This document shows positions 55,420 through 64,000 of a stretch of 64,000 nt of DNA, in pieces. Numbering within the stretch: the stretch's first letter is position 1; each line of letters starts with the position of its first letter. Below the pieces are notes generated by a model. The model was not told the origin of the DNA, made no database searches, and was given only the letters and a program-made list of their open reading frames with translations. The DNA comes from Camelus ferus. Lineage: Eukaryota. The position numbers and the translations under genes were made by a program. The stretch spans positions 80,974,001-81,038,000 of the forward strand of contig NC_045697.1 of assembly GCF_009834535.1 (NCBI RefSeq), in the 5' to 3' direction.

Positions 55420-57008
55420 CCTGGACCTTTGATCCTTGACTTAAACATTCTGTTGTGTAGACTGACAAACTCTTTCTTTACATTTCTGCTGCATCTGTCC
55501 AAAGTCCAATCCTGGGTCAACCCAACCACCTGTGTTCTCCACTCCTAGACCCAGATTTGTAGGCAATGCTGGCAAAAATCAAACAGCCACGTGGGTTGAT
55601 GATACTAAAAAATCCAGCTCTTCATTTTAGCCGGCCTATCAGTGATACCTCCTTATCATTTGATTTGTTCCATTTCAGCTCTCTTATTCTCCATAACCAT
55701 TTCAACTTTCATCATTTTCCCCTCGGGTCTTTTAACTTGTCATTTGACCCCCATTGGGTCCAGCAGATGAGCCTGCTTTTACTCTACTGAAAAAAATAAT
55801 GCGCAGAAGCAAGTGTTCCTTCACATCCTGTCATTTCTCCTAACTCATTTGTATCCATACCTACCTTTCCTTCCTTTCTGCAGTTTCAGTGAAAAAAATA
55901 ACAATCTGACAAAACAAACAATAAGCAAAATTTGCACACATTCCCTCTTAGTGCCTAAATTAAATTATCTAAACTTCACTTTGGAATTCTTCATTCTTGT
56001 CACGTCCTCAAAATATGCAAATGAGAATATATAGGAGGCGTTTGAATATACAACTCTGGAACTCAGGAATGAAAACTTGGCCAGAGAAACACATTCAAGA
56101 TTTAGCCACAAATAAAGATTGAATTAAATGGGGGCAGAAGGAAAGTGCTTGGCATGTAGAACACAATATCAGTTGTTTCTTGTCTCTGTTCTCATCTCTT
56201 CCTCTTCCTCGTGTCCTCTCTTGGTTATGACATTCACGTCAATAAATCACACAAGCCATGAACCCTGCAATTATTTTAGATGCCTTCTTTACTCACCACC
56301 TCCACCCATTCTTGTTAATTCTATCTTCCTGGTGTCTGTTGAGTCTCTGCCCTTTCATCCCTGCCTTAGTTCAGAGGGTTATCTCTTAGCTTGACTTACT
56401 GCCGCTCCTCCCTAATTTTTCTTCCTGCTTCCAGATTTCCTTTTTAACAAGCTATTACCCTTCTACTTAAGGAATAATCTGTCTAAATATGCACATTTGA
56501 TCATGTTACTTCTTATTACTCAAAAGTCTTTAATTAAATAGATCCTTGTTCATAATAAGATAAAACCTAGATTGGCATACTAACCCTTTCATTATGTGGT
56601 GCTTGGCACGATCCCCAAACGTATTCCTTGCCACTTACTGCACCAACTCACCAGACAAATGGAACTACTTGCAATCTGTCCTGTGTATTTTACCCTCTCT
56701 AATACATATGAGCTTTAGTATTTCTTTCATCTCTTCTCAACTCTGTCCTCACCCTTCCCTGGGCTCTTTCCTCTTCAACTACCAGCTCAGATGCTACCTT
56801 TTAAGTCAAGACTTCTTAGTCTGAGTGATGCCTTTCTGCCCCAAATTTCTCTTATGGTTTTCTGTGCTCATGGCTGCTCATCGTAATTATTCATATATCA
56901 GTTTCTCCACTATAGACATTGTATTAGAAACACTTTTTATATCTGTATTCCAAGCACTTAGCACAGACCTGAGACCCAGGAAACACACTTAAGTGTTGAA
57001 TGAATGAA
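55420..57008 (+). mobile_element. L2 remnants (fragmented)
   Basis: C/T-rich body ending in the L2 3' terminus agcacttagcacag...gttgaatgaatgaa. Bounds approximate. Confidence 0.55.
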
Positions 57009-57409
57009 AGAGCATTCTCATTCTTTTTTGCCCTACTGTTTCCATAACAGCACATATTAGGATCTGGGATGAGAATTCAGGGTGGGAATAGGGCTAAATT
57101 TACGTATGATGAGACAAAATATACTTAACTGTTACCTTTTGACCACTTTGTCTCAAGTAAGACCCCCCTTTCTAGCATTCTCCTAGCATTAAGCACATGT
57201 TTATTTTCTTCTCCCCCCTACTGAGCTTTGAGTCATTCATGGCAGGAGCCACATCTGTCTTGTTCATTGATGTATAGTCAGTGTCCAGCACAGAATAAGT
57301 TCACAAATAATCAATTAATTCCCTTTGGGGGAAGTCTAGGGGAAGACTGGGAGAGGCTCTGTTTTTTTCTTGAGTCCACATTATTCTTGATCCTTTAAAG
57401 ATGACCTTG

Positions 57410-57503
57410 CGGGGAAAGTAATAACTTGGTGGTAGAGCATATGGTTAGCATGCACAAGGCTCTGGGTTCAATCCCCAGTACTTCCATTAAAAAAAATAGT
57501 AAC
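57410..57503 (+). mobile_element. tRNA-derived SINE (Vic-1-like), more diverged copy
   Basis: tggtggtagagc...agcatgcacaaggctctgggttcaatccccagtac plus A-tail. Imperfect TSD aaagatgacctt / aaagatagcctt. Confidence 0.85.
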
Positions 57504-58314
57504 AAAGATAGCCTTATTTTTGACACTATCTGTGTAGTATTGCCTTTCTTCCTTGTTGTCCTGCTTAAGTTAGAGATGTCACAAAGTAAGGCATTCCATG
57601 TTTATTGGAAAATATGAATTCAGTATGCCAAGTTTACCATGATTTTATACACTGTGTATATAATTATATGCTATAATCTTTGGCATATCAATTACATCTC
57701 AATAAAAATATTATTTAAAAATACAAATAAATGCAAATATATTATTTTAACCCTAGTAGAAAACGTAAAATGAAATAATAACAAAAGGCAGGCAACCTGG
57801 TCATTTTGTTAAGTTCTTTAATCACCATTTCCCTCATGTTGGAAGGCTTCCTATCTTTTTATAAATCAATATTAACAGATTACTCATGAACATCCAGATA
57901 ATACACAAGTCACCAAAAGTTTTAATAAGTAGACAAATTTCACTCACAGTCTTAGCGTGGTTACGTTTATCCCTCTAAAACTTGGATACCAATTATTTAA
58001 GTGCATATAATGTTTGCTTTCATTTTACAGAATAAACTATAACATAGCCCTGCAGACAAAATAAAGAAATTATACTTTTTGGTCATCCCTAGCCCTAGAG
58101 TTATTTTAGGGTTAAACATATAAAAATATATTGAATGTTTGGGCAAAAGAATAAGTATACATACATATAATTAAAATCTTGATACTTAGTATTTACAGGA
58201 TAGATATTACTAAAAATAAGACAGGTGGTTTGGAGACAAACTACCTCTTACCTGCTGAGTCTTTTCTGGACGATATGCACGGGCACTAGCTTTATGTCAG
58301 ATTGTGAAACTTAC

Positions 58315-58448
58315 CTGTAAGATTCTTTATGAATGAAATGATTATCTTGGGCTTCTCTTCTAATATTCCAGAATCTACCACATCTTTAGGATCTTGTGAT
58401 GCTGGCTCTGGAACAGCTTTTTTAAAGAGAGCAGAACAGTCAGTGATC
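58315..58448 (-). CDS. Unnamed EF-hand gene, exon candidate D (134 nt): ITDCSALFKKAVPEPASQDPKDVVDSGILEEKPKIIISFIKNLT(D)
   Basis: Consensus donor CAG|gtaagt in phase 1 joins the EF-hand exon as G+AT=Asp. Acceptor ttttctcacatcacttataccag|G is phase 2. The exon may extend further 5' (see findings). Confidence 0.72.
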
Positions 58449-59210
58449 CTGGTATAAGTGATGTGAGAAAATGAATAGCCACATACTTGGTGAATAGCGA
58501 GGCAAACAAAATGTGGGTCTAAATTATCACTCTAAGTCTATAATCACCTCACTAAGTGATCTGGAACACAATGTTTCATTCCATGCTGTTTTCAGTTACA
58601 AACACAGTAAAATGCCTACATGTTCTCACAGGTTAATGTTTCATTTCCTTTTCCCCGCTTGGCTCAGTGCTTTGTGTGTGTGACTCCTCAGAAGGATAAT
58701 TCACTTCTTTGTTTTTTCAAAGACACATTTATTGAGTATCCACTCTGTGCCAGGCACAGGACTATGTACGTGGCTACCAGGTTGAATAAGACATTGTCTT
58801 TGGCACAAAGGCCTTACTGTCTAACAGTATGCTTGATAGCAAGAGGTTTTCGGAAGTGTGATGTGGTAGAACGGGCCCAGGTTGAGAATTCTAGTATAAT
58901 TAGTCTTCTCAAATGTCGTTTCGACCAACTCTGTTAAAAAATAGCCACAGTGACAATGACAAATATAAAAAGAATGACTTCTGGTAGCTCAAGAAACCAA
59001 ACAAGAGCTACCCATTTGAGAACTGGAAGAGGAACGCTGACTACATATAAAACATCAGATGGCATGATATGAAAGACTCTGTCATGCTGGAGGAATGGAA
59101 GATCCCCAGGAGTTTTGGGGATCCTAGAGAATAGGAAAGGACAACTTGCTGTGATTCACTTTGTTGAACCCACAAAAATGCTTATAATATGAATTAGAAA
59201 TCCCAAACTT

Positions 59211-59319
59211 AAAAAAAATTTTTTTTTAATTTTACTTTAATGGAGGTACTGGGGATTGAACACAGGACCTTGTGCATGTTAAGCACACGCTCTACCACTG
59301 AGCTATACCCTTCCCCCTC
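59211..59319 (-). mobile_element. tRNA-derived SINE (Vic-1-like)
   Basis: Reverse complement reads gggtatagctcagtggtagagcgtgtgcttaacatgcacaaggtcctgtgttcaatccccagtacctcc plus A-rich tail. Perfect TSD AAATCCCAAACTT at 59198-59210 and 59320-59332. Confidence 0.9.
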
Positions 59320-59952
59320 AAATCCCAAACTTTTTAAATGCAACAATTTCTCAATCCTGGACTTTGTGAGAGTGATAGCTCTAAATGTATTGTACATACA
59401 AAGTACAAGTTCTCTTATTCTGAGAGAGGGGCATGTAGTGAAGACAAGAAATTCTCACTTTAGTCCAGCAAAGGCTCATTTCTATATTATACTCTAACCA
59501 CTGCACCAACTTTCAGATGTGAATCTTCATCAAACTCTTCTGGGAAAAACCAACACTGTCTGCTTACTCTCTGGGAAAGTTTATTTCCCTGCTCTACACT
59601 GGCACCAGAACAGCTGACTATTGCTAGAGAACACCACAGTGCTGGTCAGTCTTTCATTACACACATGGTCCCAATCTTAACTGAGTTGTCAACACTGCCT
59701 TTTATCCTTTCTTAGTAGATTTTCTATTGTTGCATTCTCTTTTATTAATCCTCCTACAGTCCCTCTTCTCTCTCAGGTTCAGATGATGCTTTTACATCAT
59801 ACTTCTTTCAGGAAATAGAAATAGTCATGAATTTCCTCACGTACTCTACATCAAATCCACCAGCCTTCCCTGCTTCTGTATCTACATCCTTTTTGCCTTG
59901 ATAATTGTTAAAACACATGATATCTCAGTTCCCATCAAAAGTCAATTCCTCT

Positions 59953-60653
59953 GCCTCCTACTGTTGGTAAGAATGTAAATTCTATGAAAAACAATATCTC
60001 CATACTGTTTCCTTAAAAAAATAAAAATAGAGTAATCATATGATCCAGCAATCCCAATCCTGAGCACATATCCCAAGGGAACTCTAATTTAAAAAGATAC
60101 CTGCACCCCAATGTTCATAGCGGCACTATTTACAATAGTTAAGACATGGAAACAAACTAAATGTCCACTGACAGATGAGTGGATAAAGAAGATGTGGTAT
60201 ATATATACAATGGAATACTACTCAGCCATAAGGAAGAATGAAATAATGACATTTGCAACAACATGGATGGACCTAGAAATTATCATACTAAGTGAAGTAA
60301 GTCAGACAGAGAAAGATAAATATCATATGACATCAATTATATGTGGAATCTAAAAAGATGATACAAATGAACTTAAGTACAAAACAGAAACAGACCCACA
60401 GACATAAAAAACAGAATTACAATTACCAAAGGGGAAAGGGAGAGGGTTATAAATTAGGAATTTGGGATTAGCAGCTACACACTACTATATATAAAATAGA
60501 TAAACAGCAAGACCCTACTGTATACCACAGGGAACTATATTCAATATCTTATAATAATCTATAATGAAAAAATATGAAAAATTATATATATATAAAACTG
60601 AATCACTATGCTGTACACCAGAAACATTGTAAGTCAACTGTACTTCAATTTAA
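59953..60653 (+). mobile_element. 5'-truncated younger L1 (ORF2 C-terminus plus 3' UTR)
   Basis: ORF MFIAALFTIVKTWKQTKCP...SEVSQTEKDKYHM is the L1 ORF2 C-terminus. TSD AAAAGTCA(A/G)TTCCTCT at 59937-59952 and 60654-60669. Confidence 0.95.
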
Positions 60654-60669
60654 AAAAGTCAGTTCCTCT

Positions 60670-62367
60670 CTACTTGCAGTTTAGATACCATTCTGATTTG
60701 TCAAGGATGTACTACAGCAATTACTCACCATCTTTCCTGTGTATTAATTTCTCTCCATATATATCTCACTCTCACTCATATTTTTAAACAAATTCTTAAT
60801 ACTGTGTTTCCCTCCATTAATCTATTTTCTCTTCCCTGTTAAAAACAAAACTTCTCCAAAGGGTTTCCCCATTCTTTATATAATCCACTTCTAATCCACT
60901 TTTGTTAGAATTCCACCTTCATATCATTCTATCCAACTGTTTTTCCAAGACTTCCAATGACGTCTATCTTATCAAAATCAAGGATCATTTTCATCTTTAT
61001 CTTATTAAACTTTAACCTCTCAGAATGTTTGACATAATTCCCTCTGTCTTGAAATAACTTTTCTTAATTTTTCTGTCTCAATTTCTTCTATAAAAGAGAA
61101 CATGGTACCTATGTTTGACCTGGGCCATATGGTTGTGATGGTTAAATGAGTTAATACAAGAACAGAATTTAGAATGGTGCTTGGCATATGATATTTCTCA
61201 ATAAATGAAAGCTATTATTGTGTCCTATGATGTGCTATCCTATTTCCCCTCCTATTTCTGTGATCACTTCTAGGTTTGGTTTCTGGCTATGTCTCTGCTA
61301 TCAGGTCTCTAAATTTTGGAGCTCCTCAGAACTGAAGCCCTGAGCCCTTTTCCCTTTTCTGTCATAACTCTCTCCCTGAATGATCCCACAGAGCACCCTG
61401 ACCTTGATTATTGTACATATGTTGATGCCCCAAATTCACGTCTTCAGCTCTTACCTGTCGCTACAGTTCCCAACTTAACTGTCTACTTTAAAGTCTAATA
61501 GCACTTCAAATTTTAAATGTTAAAAGCAGAATTTTTAGTTTCCTCTGTGGTTTTCCCCATATTGTATATAGCACTAATCCTCACCCAGTTTCTTAGACAC
61601 CTTGATTGCTTTGTTTTCCTCATTCATCAATCAGTTAAGTCCTGTGGGCTCTACCATTGGAAGTTTTCCTGAAACCCTTCATTTCTCTCTGCCTCAGCTA
61701 TGAGGACCTCTTTCCAGCCTACTACACAAAGCTCCTAAGAGGTCTCTCACCTTCCATTCTTGGCTTTCTGGTGTCTAATTTCTACCCAACAACAACCAGA
61801 GTCATCTTCATCCTTCCATGTCTCTCCCCTGGTGAAGCCCCCCGGGCTTCTGCATACTGCAGCCCGCATGATCCTATGGTTCTCACCATGGCCTGTGCTC
61901 TCAGCCAGCTCTCCCACACTTCCCACTTCCTCACTGAGCTTCAGCCTTCCTGGATTTTCTACATTTCTCCAACAGGCTCAGCTCATTTCTCCCCTAAGGT
62001 CTTCGCACTGCTGTTCCCTCTGCACGGAACGCCCCTCCTTCTGGTCTTCACATGGGTCCCCTTTCTTCTCACATAGGAATCTGTCCAAATGCCTTCAGCT
62101 CAGAGGTCTTTCCTGATCACTCAGTCTAAACTAGTCTTCTCGGGTGGTTTATTATATAATCACTCTTTCTTAATTTCTTTATTAACACTTATCATTATCT
62201 AAGATTGTCCAATTTATGTGTTTCTTTTTTCCTTGTTTATGGTTATTTCTCCCAGTGAGTAATGCAGCAAGAGCTTCCTGAAGAAGGGATCTTCTTCAGT
62301 GCTGGGTCCTCAGTGAGCAGAGCAAGATCTGACACCTGGTACTTGCTAAATAAATATTGTTGAATAA
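60670..62367 (+). mobile_element. L2 remnant (continues from ~59560, split by the L1; contains a MIR piece ~61070-61220)
   Basis: C/T-rich L2-like body ending taaataaatattgttgaataa. Confidence 0.6.
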
Positions 62368-62527
62368 GAGAAGGTTCAAGAGGGGATGTTTCTAACAAAA
62401 TGTGAGAACAGCCAAGGACAATCCATGTATTCTCTCTGTTGGCAGCACTAAATCTTCAAGGTGGCCTCTCCTTAAATATAAGTAAACAATCCATCCCTTA
62501 AAGTATAACATCCCTTCCAAGCTCTAC

Positions 62528-62591
62528 CCCTGGTCAGCGAGGACTTGAATACCAAAAATATTGGGTTGCAAAGAATATGGAATATTCACAC
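62528..62591 (-). CDS. Unnamed EF-hand gene, exon candidate C (64 nt): (G)VNIPYSLQPNIFGIQVLADQ(G)
   Basis: Good acceptor acttttctttgacacttag|GT in phase 1, matching exon B. Donor GGG|gtagag is weak and overlaps an in-frame TAG, so the 3' boundary is uncertain. Confidence 0.55.
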
Positions 62592-63047
62592 CTAAGTGTC
62601 AAAGAAAAGTCTGTTAAATGCAGGACTTGCTTTCTCAGTTAATCTCCCTCAAGCTGCTGTGACAAGTTGGAAGATCTCCTAATTTTCTCCATTCATGAAT
62701 TGTTGATAATAATCTCTGCCTTTTTGCAAGTGTCAGCTGCTCAAATAAAATATTTCCCACATCAAATGCTTTGCCAATATGTTATTGTCGTTACTAGTAC
62801 ATGTGGCATTTGGATTATTTACAGAAGCAGGGATTGGTTTGGAAAAATCCGAATTCTCTCCTCATGATGATTGCCATGTATCTTTCATGCATGTATTCAT
62901 TCCTTCAACAAATATGTACAGAATACCTAATATGTGCCAGGAAATATGCCTGAAAATAAGCTATGAGTTACTAAACATATACTATGCCCGCCCTTTTCTG
63001 AGTATCATACTAAAGCAAATTATCAGTATCACCAATGACCAACATAC

Positions 63048-63243
63048 CAGAAATGTCAGAATTTGGACTAGACATGACATATGGCAGTCCTGTAGTATAA
63101 AATTTCTTTTCTTTTTCTTGGAAGGATTGAGTTGGTGATGTATATACATTTAAATATTCTGTCCTGGTGATATTCAATGTATTCTCCATAACATACAGAT
63201 TGTCTTTCAGTTGGGAAAGCTGCAAAAACACATCATCCAGGTC
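63048..63243 (-). CDS. Unnamed EF-hand gene, exon candidate B (196 nt): DLDDVFLQLSQLKDNLYVMENTLNITRTEYLNVYTSPTQSFQEKEKKFYTTGLPYVMSSPNSDIS(G)
   Basis: Acceptor ctcactatttacaatttgctttctag|GAC (branch-like ctcac plus pyrimidine tract), donor CTG|gtatgt. 65 open codons, phase 0 to 1. Confidence 0.75.
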
Positions 63244-63512
63244 CTAGAAAGCAAATTGTAAATAGTGAGTGTTTAAAAGAAGATAGAAAGTGCTCAGTCA
63301 AAATAATTTTGATTATATTACATTATGTCCTAAAAAAAGAGATGCTACAAAAGCACATCTAGAGAAAATATGTAATACACAAAGGTGGCTTCCAATAGTA
63401 CATTACAAAAAAGTCTATATTTAAGATAGTTTATTATTTAAATTATTTTATTATCAATTTTTCCTTCTTGATCTCTTGAGGTTTAAAAGTCTGCCTATCA
63501 GGTAAACTGTAC

Positions 63513-63651
63513 CTTACTTAATCTAAATGGAGAAGAGAGATCATTAGATTGGACTTTATTTGAAATAAAATTATACATGTGGCATGGAAGTTTACTCTTT
63601 GAAGGAATTCTACCATAAAACCCTATGAGGCAAATATTTCCATTATTATTT
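63513..63651 (-). CDS. Unnamed EF-hand gene, exon candidate A: NNNGNICLIGFYGRIPSKSKLPCHMYNFISNKVQSNDLSSPFRLSK
   Basis: Open frame. Donor AAG|gtacag is phase 0, matching exon B. Acceptor ambiguous: ttctataag| at 63651 or gcctcatag| at 63622. Confidence 0.6.
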
Positions 63652-64000
63652 CTTATAGAAATAAATCCAGTGAAAGAGAAGTATATATTCAAATTATTTA
63701 AGACAACTAAACATGTAAAACTAATTGTCAAATTTCCATCTTGGGCTCATAATAATGTTCATAATGATATAAAAAGTTTCAACTGCAAACAGTCTTATAA
63801 TTCCCCACATCAGTGAGGCATCTCAGGGGTGAAAGAGGAAAACCTATGCTTATTTTCTAATGCAAACTGTAGAGAAAATATACATGAATATATATATATA
63901 TATATACATTCACTATAAAATAACTCATTTGGCAACACCTGTCAGCTGGGTCTATTAAGAACTTTGAAATGATAAACAGTGACTTCTCTATTAATATCTA

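Noticed and set aside
60111..60353. 80-aa ORF MFIAALFTIVKTWKQ...
   Set aside because: C-terminus of L1 ORF2 in a truncated element, not a host gene.
1..64000. CRISPR arrays, operons, rRNA or other prokaryotic systems
   Set aside because: The window is clearly mammalian (spliced genes, LINEs/SINEs, CpG depletion). No repeat-spacer array or rRNA was seen.

Overview
Mammalian genomic DNA, AT-rich and dense in repeats. The tRNA-derived SINEs suggest a camelid (inference). Positions 1-33989 are a large intron of UGT8 (ceramide UDP-galactosyltransferase, + strand). Four UGT8 coding exons follow (33990-34132, 35609-35685, 38215-38434, 43156-43519), encoding the C-terminal 267 aa, then a ~2 kb 3' UTR. 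Downstream and convergent, the - strand carries the 3' part of a multi-exon gene I cannot name. Six GT-AG exon candidates (63651-63513, 63243-63048, 62591-62528, 58448-58315, 52032-51856, 50965-50937) splice in frame into ~245 aa ending in a pair of EF-hand Ca2+-binding loops, followed by AATAAA. Its 5' end lies beyond the window. Its middle junction is weak, so it may be a live gene or a decaying one. The rest is intronic or intergenic sequence with L1, L2, MIR, MLT1, Tigger/MER elements, young SINEs and microsatellites. Repeat family names are from recall of consensus sequences, not from a search.
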